Made by a program: the position numbers and the translations under genes | Notes under the pieces: generated by a model | Seen by the model: the letters and a program-made list of their open reading frames with translations, nothing else | Told to the model about the DNA's origin: nothing | Databases searched by the model: none | Shown: piece by piece, positions 20,279 through 29,715 of the stretch | Layout: the number at the start of each line of letters is the position of its first letter | Position numbering within the stretch: position 1 is the first letter of the stretch | DNA from: a virus | Virus genome (UHGV): UHGV-0026213 | Strand: one strand, 5' to 3' | DNA: 64,000 nucleotides

Positions 20279-20887
20279 ATGAACGAAATTACATTAGTTC
20301 GTTTTCTTGAAGCGATGCAAAATGCAGAGCGCTTTTCACATACGCCTTTATTCATTGACTTAATGGAAGAAGAAGTAGAGGGCTTCCTGGCGTACCCTCG
20401 CTTACGGGAATATTTTAAACGCAAAACACCGACTGCTTACGAAAAGTTGGTTTACGCGCTTGAGAACAGTACAACATTGTTAACGTCACCTTTTAAGGCG
20501 TTGGAGGCTTTAGACCCGGCTGGTACCACAAGTATCCCACAACGTGTTGTGTTCTACTATATCGACCACGATCGAATTAAAGCCGATGTTGTTAACTGGA
20601 TCTCTGAAAACGCAGTTCCTGAAACACGCACTTTTAATCTCTGTCCTGTAGAAGAAGGGTGGAAGGTCGGTAGCCACTATTCTTACCCGTACCAATCCAT
20701 TAAATCGCCGTTTTTATATCCGGTTTATCTGGATGATGTTACACCTGGAAATTGTATCCCGGTAACAAATCTGATCTGTACATTGACAATGGAAGTCTTA
20801 GCCACAAAGGCGGGACAGGTTTGGGTAGAAAACACGAAGAACGTCGATTATTGGACTTCAATGGGTTATCACCTGTACACCAAATAA
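20279..20887 (+). CDS. Hypothetical protein (202 aa)
   Basis: ORF bounded by terminator hairpins; no recognisable motif. Confidence 0.5.
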   Translation: MNEITLVRFLEAMQNAERFSHTPLFIDLMEEEVEGFLAYPRLREYFKRKTPTAYEKLVYALENSTTLLTSPFKALEALDPAGTTSIPQRVVFYYIDHDRIKADVVNWISENAVPETRTFNLCPVEEGWKVGSHYSYPYQSIKSPFLYPVYLDDVTPGNCIPVTNLICTLTMEVLATKAGQVWVENTKNVDYWTSMGYHLYTK

Positions 20888-20965
20888 CGTTTGGGAGAAC
20901 CTTCGGGTTCTCCCTTTCTTTATTTTTTTCTTTTTACACCACACTCCGTCTTTATGGAGGTGGGT

Positions 20966-23470
20966 ATGCTAAAAGTTGAACGCATTATACTCAAAGGTTT
21001 TACGGGGATGGGGTTACATGAAATTGAAACCTTCGATTTCACTATCCAGTCTCCGACAACAATTATCCTGGGTGGGAACGGCTGCGGGAAAACCAGTCTA
21101 CTGTCTGTGTTCTTACCCTTAGCACCGGCTAAAACAGAATTTAGGGACGGCGGTTCTTACACAAACTACTGTTTAGTTGGCGATCAACGCTATCGTTTCA
21201 AAGTTGCTCGTAAAGGCAACTCATTGGTTTGCGATATTGAGAACTTGACTACGGGGGCAAAGATCGTCGAGCAAGGTAATGCGAAAGTCTACAACTCCCG
21301 TGTTGAAGAAATCACAGGTATTACGAAAGAGATTAAAGAATTATTAAATGGTGAGGTGTTGTTAACCGATGCGGGAACTGAATTACGCCGCAAATGGTTT
21401 TACCGTTTAAGTACCTCTGACCTCACTTACGCGTTAGGGTTTTATCAACGTTTACGTAAAAACCTTACTGCCTTAAATGGGGGTATTGAAATCACCAGCC
21501 GTAAAATCGCCGAATTGCGGACGCGTGTTATTGAGAACGAGGAAGAACGGCAGCAGTTGGCGACGAGATTAAAAGGTTTGGAATCGGATTTACGTGAACT
21601 GAACCGAGAAATCGAACAGTTGCCAGGATTAAATCGTGCCGTCACCATCGAAACAATCCAAGCGTTATTAAACAGCTTGGGCCCAACCATCGACGCAATA
21701 TTACAACATCGTGGTGGACTGCCTACTGATGAACAGATACTGGCCGCGCGACAAAACGAAGCGACGGCCCGCGAAGCTGTCGTGTCTACTGAAACAGAGG
21801 TATCGATGTTGAATAAAGACTTGTCGTTATTGATGGATGAGTCGACACGACAGGACTACCTGATGCGGAATCACGAAGGTCTCAAGAATACGCTGGCACG
21901 TTTACGTGAGTTACTTACCAAATGGGACACTGAACATCTCTTTCCGGGTCTATTTAACGATAACGTCAATTTAGACCAACTTCGTGCGGCTACCGACGCG
22001 CGTGTTTGGGGACAACGGTTAGGAACAACGCTGGACGCAATTCATTCGACCGAAAAACTCAATGTTTTGGAAGAACGGCTTCTGGTGATGGATCAAAAAA
22101 CCGCCGGGTTGCGGGATAGACTCCAGCGAGTGGAGAACGTTTTACAGAATTTAAATCACGAACGTAACCACTACTTAGAAACAGCGGAAGTGGATTGTCC
22201 GCAGTGTCGGTTTAAGTTTCGACCAGGCGTTACGCGTTCTTTGCCTGAACTTGAGTCTTCGATTCGTGGACAGCAACAGCAGCGCACGGAACTGCAAACG
22301 CAGTTAGAGACCTTATTACGCGATCGTGTTGAATTAGAATCTGATGTAACTTATATGCGGCAGGTTCGTGAGATTGTACTGACGTATTCAAAGGACCCGG
22401 TATTGAGCATGTTCTTTAAGCGTTTGCAAGAACGTAACGTTTTCACAGAATCACGCGAACAGTTCGGGAGTCTATGCGCAGCGTTTGACAGCGAGTTGTA
22501 CTCTGCTATTGAGTACCATGAAACCCGTCAACGGTTAGTGAAGGCGGAAAAAGAATGGCAGGATGCCGTGGCGACCGTTGGTAACGTCGATGGTGCTTTA
22601 CAACAGAAAATCGCCTTCCAACAGTCACGATTAGGTAAAGCCACAGAAATGCTCTCAATGCGTCGTAGAGAGCACGAACTGGCTAACACGACACTTACCT
22701 ATCTGGTGAATGTTAAACGTGCTGTAGATGATTTCAGTGCGTTATTCGAACGGTTAGAGAGTGATGTTAAGGTTACGTTGACAAATACGGTCGTCGAGGA
22801 ACTCTTACGTGCACGAGAAGGGAAGCTGGATGCTTTTACAACCGCACGCGAACGTTATCGTCAGATGGAAAATGAATTGAATCAGCTCAACAGTTTGGAA
22901 CGCGAACTTGCTGACTTACAAGCCCAGCAGTTCAATAACAAACTGATGATTCAAGCCTTCTCTCCAGAAAAGGGTGTACTTAGAAAGTATTTTTACAACG
23001 CTATCGTTAGAATCACAGAGTTAATGACGCGTTATATCGAACAAGTCTGGACGTACCCCATGCGCGTTATGCCTTGTGACCTCACTGACGGTGATTTGGA
23101 TTATACTTTTCCTGTCCAGCTAAAAACGCATCCTGAGCCTGTTCCTGACGTGCGTAAAGGGTCTAAGGCGCAGCGTGCGATATTTAATCTGATGTTCAGG
23201 CTGACTGCGTACAAAGCGCTGATGTTGCATCAGTTTCCATTGCTTTTGGATGAGCCTTCGGAAGGCATGGATGAGGAGCACCGTAACAACCTGGTCGGCT
23301 TTATTAAAACGTTAGCAAACTCGGGAGAATTTTCTCAACTGTTGGTAGTCTCCCACGAAGCCGAGGTTCATTCTAAACTTAATGAAGCATCGTACTGTGT
23401 CATCGAACCGGAAGGGGTGACATTGCCTGCGGTGTATAACGAAGGAGTAAAAATTGTTTATGCAAACTGA
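20966..23470 (+). CDS. SbcC/Rad50/SMC-family ATPase
   Basis: N-terminal Walker A ILGGNGCGKTSLL, long central coiled-coil region, C-terminal Walker B-like PLLLDEPSEGMD then VVSHE. Start refined to an internal ATG with GGAGG SD; the ORF-track start at 20891 overlaps the upstream terminator. Confidence 0.6.
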   Translation: MLKVERIILKGFTGMGLHEIETFDFTIQSPTTIILGGNGCGKTSLLSVFLPLAPAKTEFRDGGSYTNYCLVGDQRYRFKVARKGNSLVCDIENLTTGAKIVEQGNAKVYNSRVEEITGITKEIKELLNGEVLLTDAGTELRRKWFYRLSTSDLTYALGFYQRLRKNLTALNGGIEITSRKIAELRTRVIENEEERQQLATRLKGLESDLRELNREIEQLPGLNRAVTIETIQALLNSLGPTIDAILQHRGGLPTDEQILAARQNEATAREAVVSTETEVSMLNKDLSLLMDESTRQDYLMRNHEGLKNTLARLRELLTKWDTEHLFPGLFNDNVNLDQLRAATDARVWGQRLGTTLDAIHSTEKLNVLEERLLVMDQKTAGLRDRLQRVENVLQNLNHERNHYLETAEVDCPQCRFKFRPGVTRSLPELESSIRGQQQQRTELQTQLETLLRDRVELESDVTYMRQVREIVLTYSKDPVLSMFFKRLQERNVFTESREQFGSLCAAFDSELYSAIEYHETRQRLVKAEKEWQDAVATVGNVDGALQQKIAFQQSRLGKATEMLSMRRREHELANTTLTYLVNVKRAVDDFSALFERLESDVKVTLTNTVVEELLRAREGKLDAFTTARERYRQMENELNQLNSLERELADLQAQQFNNKLMIQAFSPEKGVLRKYFYNAIVRITELMTRYIEQVWTYPMRVMPCDLTDGDLDYTFPVQLKTHPEPVPDVRKGSKAQRAIFNLMFRLTAYKALMLHQFPLLLDEPSEGMDEEHRNNLVGFIKTLANSGEFSQLLVVSHEAEVHSKLNEASYCVIEPEGVTLPAVYNEGVKIVYAN

Positions 23471-23639
23471 TTGGTTCCGTCGTATTGTGGATGCGGCAGG
23501 GTTTGGCTTCATGTCCATTCTAGCGGTTCTTTATGTCATGTTTTGTGTGGTGATGATTTTATGGGTAGTTTCATCTTATCTGATTAAACTATCGTGGGGT
23601 TCAATTTGGCGTCAACGCGAATGCGAATGGCGGAATTAG
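23460..23639 (+). CDS. Small hydrophobic membrane peptide
   Basis: One predicted transmembrane helix (FGFMSILAVLYVMFCVVMILWVV); overlaps the 3' end of the ATPase gene. Confidence 0.35.
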   Translation: MQTDWFRRIVDAAGFGFMSILAVLYVMFCVVMILWVVSSYLIKLSWGSIWRQRECEWRN

Positions 23640-23959
23640 GAGAGGGAATATGGTTGTAGGGGTTCTGTTAACACTTGGCTCGTTGTGGTTAATTGGTAAA
23701 GGTTTAAACTTGCTGATTAAACGTCACCGTTGGGCGTTTGAAGATTAACCACCCAAATAATCCAGAAGATACCCTCCGGTGTGAGGGTATTGACAGGAGC
23801 AGAAAATGACCACGATAAACGCTACGAATGTAGCGATATCCGCACTATACGACGCGGAACTTTCATGGGGTGGATTGATAATCACCACAGCCATATTAGC
23901 CGCTGCGGCTTTCGTCATCGCGCGTTGGTTTTAATTTTACTTTTTTGCGTCTCTAAGGT

Positions 23960-24439
23960 TTGCAAATGGAAATTTATTTGTTGAACGCATCTTCTAAAGT
24001 CGGTGAGCGTCAAGCTGCCGATTTACTCAAACTACACTACCGTTACTTAGACCACCAGGCCACGTTACTGAAAATCAAAATGTCGGTGCCGAAGTTAAAT
24101 GCGCGACAGCTGATCGAAGGTAACTGCATAGTTCTGGTGTATCAGGATGATGTCGCGGTAGGATACTGTAGTTATCGGAATCGTAACGGTTCACTTAAGA
24201 TACGTTCGGTATACGTGCTCCCAGACTATCGTCAACGGGGTGTAATGAAAGAGATTTTCAAAGCAATTGCAGCTATGCGAAATGTAAAGAAGCAAAAGAG
24301 TATTTCATCCGACGCGGCTATCAGGCGGTTTACTCACGCGATCGTGAGTGGGTCGATTTTAGCAAAACATTCTAAAAACAATAAAGCTCTCTTGGCGTAC
24401 CTCACTATGAGTGTGAGAAATTTACGTCAGGAGAGCTAA
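23960..24439 (+). CDS. GNAT-like acetyltransferase fold protein (tentative)
   Basis: VGYCSY...VYVLPDYRQRGVMKEIF resembles GNAT motif A; weak. Confidence 0.35.
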   Translation: MQMEIYLLNASSKVGERQAADLLKLHYRYLDHQATLLKIKMSVPKLNARQLIEGNCIVLVYQDDVAVGYCSYRNRNGSLKIRSVYVLPDYRQRGVMKEIFKAIAAMRNVKKQKSISSDAAIRRFTHAIVSGSILAKHSKNNKALLAYLTMSVRNLRQES

Positions 24440-24441
24440 TT

Positions 24442-24687
24442 ATGTTAAAATCGTGCGGAGTGGGTGGTTTGGATACGAGTATTTGTTGGAAGGAATACGA
24501 ACGTGCGAAAGCGTTCTTACAACATCCCAATGTGGGGACAATAGGTAAGGTCTGTTTCGGCAAACCTTCACTGACGGCCTGTATCCAAGGGGCTTTAGGG
24601 ACGTTGCCACCCGAATCACATTTCGAGCCTGAGGAGAATATGAATGTTCACAGAGAACCCATCAATTTACGGCATACCGTTGAATGA
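24442..24687 (+). CDS. Hypothetical protein (81 aa)
   Basis: SD CAGGAGAG upstream of ATG. Confidence 0.35.
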   Translation: MLKSCGVGGLDTSICWKEYERAKAFLQHPNVGTIGKVCFGKPSLTACIQGALGTLPPESHFEPEENMNVHREPINLRHTVE

Positions 24688-25012
24688 AATTGATATTCTG
24701 CAAATTTGTTATCAGTGTGGCGACTTCGGTAAGACGCAGGTAACGCCGTTAGTTAATCTTTTAGGTTACTTGCCTGAAATCGAGCTACCTTTTGTTAAAC
24801 CTAGCTTAGTTCGTCGCGCATCGTGTCGTGAAGCTTATTTGCTCTGGAAACACAATATTTCAGTAGAGAAGGTCTGGGACCGTATGAACGATCATCAGTT
24901 CCGTGAGCAGGTCGTGCACACGCTTAACTTGGCACTGACTATGCAACGCCTGGGCTTACAACACGAGGGTTTAGAAGCGGCGGTCAAGCAATGGATTACG
25001 AAAAATCGATAA
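24644..25012 (+). CDS. Hypothetical protein (122 aa)
   Basis: SD GAGGAG 7 nt upstream; overlaps the previous ORF in another frame. Confidence 0.4.
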   Translation: MFTENPSIYGIPLNEIDILQICYQCGDFGKTQVTPLVNLLGYLPEIELPFVKPSLVRRASCREAYLLWKHNISVEKVWDRMNDHQFREQVVHTLNLALTMQRLGLQHEGLEAAVKQWITKNR

Positions 25013-25036
25013 TGGGTAAAACATATATCGCTATAC

Positions 25037-25597
25037 TTGTCGAGCTATCAATCGGCGGTACACGTTTTAATACTACACATCAACTCCGGGCGTTTCGTTA
25101 TGTTAACGGTACGTAAAGAATCTGAAATTGGTAACGATCTTTTTAATGCGCCCGAAGACTATAAAGTCGTTACCATTAACTGCGTAGGAGCGATGGGACG
25201 TGGCATTGCACTCGCGTGTCGTGAACGCTACCCCAACCTTTATCAAGATTACCGTAAGCGGTGTCGTGAAGACGAAATTAAGATTGGAAGCGTTTACGTT
25301 TACTCTGACGAAAAGTGTATCTTGCTCCCCACGAAAACACATTGGCGTTTAAAATCCCAGGTTTCTTATGTTACTGCGGGCATTACCGCACTAGCGGATT
25401 GTGCTGAGGATCTGGATACCAGCGTTGCTATCCCTCCATTGGGAATGGCAAACGGGTGGTTAGATTCCTGGGAAAGACAAGAAATCTTTTTGTGGCTTTA
25501 CAAAAAACTTGAACCGAGGAGGCAACGCTACACGTTATACTTACCTGTTAAGTTGTATCAAGAAGCAGAGTCATTAATTCCAAACTCTTTTAAATAG
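25037..25597 (+). CDS. Macro-domain protein, TARG1/DarG/Poa1p-like (predicted ADP-ribose hydrolase)
   Basis: VVTINCVGAMGRGIALACRERYP and AIPPLGMANGWLDSWE resemble the two signature segments of TARG1-type macro domains. Confidence 0.5.
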   Translation: MSSYQSAVHVLILHINSGRFVMLTVRKESEIGNDLFNAPEDYKVVTINCVGAMGRGIALACRERYPNLYQDYRKRCREDEIKIGSVYVYSDEKCILLPTKTHWRLKSQVSYVTAGITALADCAEDLDTSVAIPPLGMANGWLDSWERQEIFLWLYKKLEPRRQRYTLYLPVKLYQEAESLIPNSFK

Positions 25598-25606
25598 ATA
25601 TTATCA
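25590..25606 (+). promoter_or_regulatory. Promoter-like motif AAATAGATATTATCA
   Basis: One of three copies of AGATATTATC, each 35-70 nt upstream of a gene start (see also 35085 and 44203). Confidence 0.35.
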
Positions 25607-25670
25607 TTAGGGCACACAACAAAGGAGTATTAGCTGTCCGCGCCGTCATTTCGTCTTACGGAATACGGAA

Positions 25671-26396
25671 ATGTATAAATCCAACTGGAGAAACAAAATG
25701 TTTCGTATCTTCTTTCTTTTACTGGTAACACTTTTCGCGTTTAACGCACAGGCGTCAACGTCAACGCCACATTCTAAGCATCAGCGTGAGTTTGCACAAA
25801 TCCAACATCGGTTCGAAAAAGTCAGCCCGTTAATTGTGGAAATCTCACGAAAGCAGGGCGTTGATCCCAAGCTGATGATTACGCTGATTTATCGTGAATC
25901 GCGTTTTGATCCCAAGGCTTACAACAAAAGCTCACGAGCACATAGCCTGGTACAGATGCTTCCAAGTACCAAGCGTAATCTGCTAAAGCTTTATGGAAAA
26001 GAATTAGGTCTTAGTCAGAACGCTGATTTGTATAATCCGCGTAATGCTGTTTTGCTGGCTACCGCGTATGTTAAACATCTTGAGAAGGGGTTAACCAAAC
26101 GACTCAAACGCAAGCCCACCATGGCTGAAATTGCGTTAGCTTACCACTGGGGTGAAAGTGGCGCTCACACGCGAATCAAAAGCAAATCTCGAGCAGCACA
26201 ACGAGAAATGGCAGGCTTTATGAAAGACGCCGCGTTCTATAGCGCGAAAATCGATGTGCCTGTTGTTGTGGGCTCGGCCCCACGTCAGCTTGCGTTTGCG
26301 AAGAAAACACCACGTCAGATTCAACTGGCGGAAGTTAGTAGAATTTGGGATACGATAAACACGAGTTTTCCAATCAATAGAGGAGTTACCCTTTGA
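25671..26396 (+). CDS. Secreted lytic transglycosylase (SLT domain)
   Basis: Signal peptide MFRIFFLLLVTLFAFNAQA (probable true start at the internal ATG near 25698) and catalytic-region motif IYRESRFDPKAYNKSSRAHSLVQMLPST. Confidence 0.6.
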   Translation: MYKSNWRNKMFRIFFLLLVTLFAFNAQASTSTPHSKHQREFAQIQHRFEKVSPLIVEISRKQGVDPKLMITLIYRESRFDPKAYNKSSRAHSLVQMLPSTKRNLLKLYGKELGLSQNADLYNPRNAVLLATAYVKHLEKGLTKRLKRKPTMAEIALAYHWGESGAHTRIKSKSRAAQREMAGFMKDAAFYSAKIDVPVVVGSAPRQLAFAKKTPRQIQLAEVSRIWDTINTSFPINRGVTL

Positions 26397-26902
26397 GCAT
26401 CGTAGTAACCGATTGGTATAAAGGCATTACAAAAGCCGCACAATTGACCGCGAAAGACGTTTACAGTATCGTCCGAAGCAGTATCGAAGACGAGATTAAG
26501 TCGGATGAAGAATTCGCTGAGAAACACGAATTTTACGATGCTTTACCCACAGCATTCGGTGATGACGAAGAAGAAGGTTTAGAGTTTGACTGGAACGTCA
26601 ACCTTGCCTTGTTGTGGATTTGTGGTTTACGACCAACGGTAAAAGAAACCGAAGAAGGGAAAGTCTTGCTTTGGAATTTTACCGGGCAGTATAACCGTAA
26701 TTTAGTCTTTAAACAGGCGTATATGGACGCTACTGTAGAACTTCAAAATCTACTGCTTGGTGAAAACACATACTGCCAGCGTAGTTTTCTAACGATTCTG
26801 GAAAAACTTGTGTCGACACACAAGGTCTGGCGTAAAGAAGACGCCCCAGAACACATGTTCATTTTAGAGTACGCTGTCATTCCAAATCAGCCGTTCTTCT
26901 AA
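26393..26902 (+). CDS. Hypothetical acidic protein (169 aa)
   Basis: ORF followed by a terminator hairpin. Confidence 0.45.
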   Translation: MSIVVTDWYKGITKAAQLTAKDVYSIVRSSIEDEIKSDEEFAEKHEFYDALPTAFGDDEEEGLEFDWNVNLALLWICGLRPTVKETEEGKVLLWNFTGQYNRNLVFKQAYMDATVELQNLLLGENTYCQRSFLTILEKLVSTHKVWRKEDAPEHMFILEYAVIPNQPFF

Positions 26903-26968
26903 TCCCTACCCCTTACCCTTTGTGGAGTAAGGGGTACTTTTATTTTCATTCCCTAAAGGAGCAGAGTT

Positions 26969-27448
26969 ATGATAAAGTTCATTTGGCGTTATCCAACGCG
27001 TTTTTGGTTTGTGGTACTTGAATTGTTTATGGTCCTTGTGGCGATTACTTTTGTCGAAGCGCCCGCCTCGCAGTTGGCTATTTTCTGCCTTTTCGTGACT
27101 GTCCCTGTATGGGTGATTGCGAAGGCTATTAAGTTCGTCATGGTGTGTTGGGCGAATTATACCTGTCCGTATAAACCTAAACAAATCATGAACTGGCTGA
27201 TGTATATTGAAGAACGTTTACCGGCGCAGCATAAATTACTGGGCTGGTCGTCAATGTTGGATATTGCGCTAGAAACCAATGCAAAGTTTCCCGGTGCGAA
27301 AAACCCTTATTTGTTGATGGCAGTAATTGTTGCACAACAAAAACTGGTAGGTGACCGTTGGTTGCCAGAAGAAGCGAAAGCGTATATCCGTAAACATCCA
27401 AAAGCTTTTTACTCGGTAGGACAATGGCGTAACTTGCCATTATTTTAA
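26969..27448 (+). CDS. Membrane protein (about 3 TM helices)
   Basis: SD AAAGGAG; hydrophobic segments FWFVVLELFMVLVAITFV and AIFCLFVTVPVWVIA. Confidence 0.5.
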   Translation: MIKFIWRYPTRFWFVVLELFMVLVAITFVEAPASQLAIFCLFVTVPVWVIAKAIKFVMVCWANYTCPYKPKQIMNWLMYIEERLPAQHKLLGWSSMLDIALETNAKFPGAKNPYLLMAVIVAQQKLVGDRWLPEEAKAYIRKHPKAFYSVGQWRNLPLF

Positions 27449-27501
27449 CTTTTTACATAACCCTTAGTTGATTTGAACAAACCTAAAAGAGGACTATTAA
27501 A

Positions 27502-28434
27502 ATGACTTTTCCATCAGAAGTAATTTACGAACTGGCTAACACACTGCGTCGTCGTTATAACCACCATATACTGCAAACCAGCGTAGACCAAACCGCTGCT
27601 TTTCTGCGTAATCACTTCCTAGGCAGTAATCAGCCTTCAATTACGCAGAAAGAGATTTTCTCTATTGATCGTACCACCAAAATTCTTCCGATTGACGGTG
27701 CAATTGCGGTTCTAAATGGGGATACGTTCAACTTCTCCATGGGAATGCGCCATACATCCGTTACTGTTGACCCAGGCGTAGGGAACGAACTTTCTTTCAT
27801 GCGCAACCCGTATCCTCTCCCGGATAACTGGTTCGTTGTTGTAGAACAAGGGGTGAATCAGTACGAAGTTGTTGCGGCACGCGACGAGTCTTTCTTTGAC
27901 TTGGGGCAGATTTCACGCCGCCTGGAAATTGCTCTCGAACTTCGCCAGGGCAATATCGGATTAAATGGGGGTGTTGTCTACTTCATCCTGAGCAATTGGT
28001 CGCATGTGAGCTACGTCCTGAGAAAAGCTGACGCAACATTCCACGCAACAGAAGTAAGTTACCTCTCCGCTGAGAATGAAGATCAAGACGAAGAAGAAAC
28101 GGTACCTGGCACAGAAGTCGCCGTTTGTGAAAACTACGATGATCTGAAATCTGTGCTCGTTAAGCGTGATGTTTTCGAATCGTTAAACCTGGATTTCCCT
28201 GGTGACGAAAATGAAATATCCGTAGCTGACCTGGTAGAAGCATTGTGTCAGAAAGACCAAGCTAATGAAATCAGTGACGAAGAAGCAGAACTCTTCCAAG
28301 TTCAACAACTCGTCAGCAAGGTTATCGGTGGGCAGGGAATCGTTGACACCCTTATGGCTTTACCGCCGAAGAAACGTACTCAGAAGTACATTCGTGAACT
28401 GGTTCTTGAAAACCTGGGTCAAACCAAAAAGTAA
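27502..28434 (+). CDS. Hypothetical acidic protein (310 aa)
   Basis: SD cassette AGAGGACTATTAAAATG; terminator downstream. Confidence 0.5.
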   Translation: MTFPSEVIYELANTLRRRYNHHILQTSVDQTAAFLRNHFLGSNQPSITQKEIFSIDRTTKILPIDGAIAVLNGDTFNFSMGMRHTSVTVDPGVGNELSFMRNPYPLPDNWFVVVEQGVNQYEVVAARDESFFDLGQISRRLEIALELRQGNIGLNGGVVYFILSNWSHVSYVLRKADATFHATEVSYLSAENEDQDEEETVPGTEVAVCENYDDLKSVLVKRDVFESLNLDFPGDENEISVADLVEALCQKDQANEISDEEAELFQVQQLVSKVIGGQGIVDTLMALPPKKRTQKYIRELVLENLGQTKK

Positions 28435-28439
28435 TTTAA

Positions 28440-28470
28440 ATCCCCTACTCCTCCGGGAGTAGGGTTAATT
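28440..28470 (+). terminator. Intrinsic terminator (CCCTACTCC/GGAGTAGGG family)
   Basis: CCCCTACTCCTCCGGGAGTAGGG hairpin followed by a T-run. Confidence 0.6.
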
Positions 28471-28495
28471 CTTTTTCCATCTTAGGAGTATTAAA

Positions 28496-29047
28496 ATGTT
28501 TCCATCGTCTGAATATTTAACTCATCTGGCTTACGGTATTCGTCGTGGTTCTGTTTTCCGCACACGTTTAAAGGATATAAATTTCCTGGCTAATTTCTTA
28601 TTTGATCGTTTGTGGGATGGCGATAGTGTTTACAAAAAGATCACCGTAACGCAACTTTATTCCCTTATAGCAGCATCTGAAATTGTGCCTACAGATATTC
28701 ATCGATTCAAACGACAACATAACGGGGAGGTTACAATCAGCTTTCTTGATCGTTCTCCTATTACCGTTGAAATCGACGATCGTATTGACGCTAATAGTGA
28801 AATGTCTGGTTGGAAGATTCTTTTTGATTGTGGCAATCGTTATGCGGTACTTGGTTCCTCTGATGAGCGCGACTTCCCTTTCGACAAACCCTACTACTAC
28901 CTCAGCGAAGACGATTTCCCGGATAAAGAATCTAACATCTTTTTAAACGGAGACACAGTTTACTTCATTTTTCGTACCTGGAACGATGTTGCTGCTATGA
29001 TTGCTCAAGGCGTCATCGATTACCGTAAACTAGAAGTCGACATTTAA
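28496..29047 (+). CDS. Hypothetical protein (183 aa)
   Basis: SD cassette TTAGGAGTATTAAAATG. Confidence 0.5.
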   Translation: MFPSSEYLTHLAYGIRRGSVFRTRLKDINFLANFLFDRLWDGDSVYKKITVTQLYSLIAASEIVPTDIHRFKRQHNGEVTISFLDRSPITVEIDDRIDANSEMSGWKILFDCGNRYAVLGSSDERDFPFDKPYYYLSEDDFPDKESNIFLNGDTVYFIFRTWNDVAAMIAQGVIDYRKLEVDI

Positions 29048-29048
29048 A

Positions 29049-29090
29049 ATAAAAGCTACCCTACTCCCGAAGGAGTAGGGTAATCTTTTT
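29049..29090. terminator. Bidirectional terminator between convergent genes
   Basis: CCCTACTCCCGAAGGAGTAGGG hairpin flanked by A-run and T-run. Confidence 0.6.
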
Positions 29091-29712
29091 AGTTAACTAA
29101 CCCGTTAGCTTTAAGAATCTCTAACATTTGGTTGTTTAACTCTTTTAATTTTTTGTTTTCTTCTGTCAACGCAGCAACTTTCTCACCTAATGGAATAGAT
29201 TCACGAATTTTATTTTTTCGTGCCGCTTCCATCTGCAAGTGTTGTTCCTCCGTTACCTTCCCCTCATACTCGAGCGTTGTAATTTCAACTTTCGGCTCAA
29301 TCCCCAGTGTATGCGTGAGAATATCTGAAACGTCTTTTGTTATAGACGACACTTTCACGTAATCCGGTACCAGTGCCAAATCTACCACTAACACATTTCG
29401 TTGATACGTGATCCCGGATAAACCTGGGTATGATTCCAGGTAGGTGTCAGGTATATATACAACTTGACCGTCCCGAGATTTAAATGTCAGAATCGACGCA
29501 CTAACATTCGCATCTGCTAAATATTCTTCACGTCCTAGCCCTACTGGCTGGTAATACGAGTTATAAACGTCAATATTCTGACGTACTAAATCTGGGAAGG
29601 TACGTGACGCTTCTACCGTATAAATGACGGTCTCGGCTAAAGTAAATGGTGTTTTTACTTTAAACAGTCCCGTGGTGTTGACCGGTACCTGGAGTGGTAA
29701 ACGCGTAGCCAT
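29089..29712 (-). CDS. Hypothetical protein with C-terminal coiled coil (207 aa)
   Basis: Minus-strand ORF; 4-nt gap to the upstream minus gene; C-terminal heptad-like EKVAALTEENKKLKELNNQMLEIL. Confidence 0.5.
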   Translation of the reverse strand: MATRLPLQVPVNTTGLFKVKTPFTLAETVIYTVEASRTFPDLVRQNIDVYNSYYQPVGLGREEYLADANVSASILTFKSRDGQVVYIPDTYLESYPGLSGITYQRNVLVVDLALVPDYVKVSSITKDVSDILTHTLGIEPKVEITTLEYEGKVTEEQHLQMEAARKNKIRESIPLGEKVAALTEENKKLKELNNQMLEILKANGLVN

Positions 29713-29715
29713 TCA

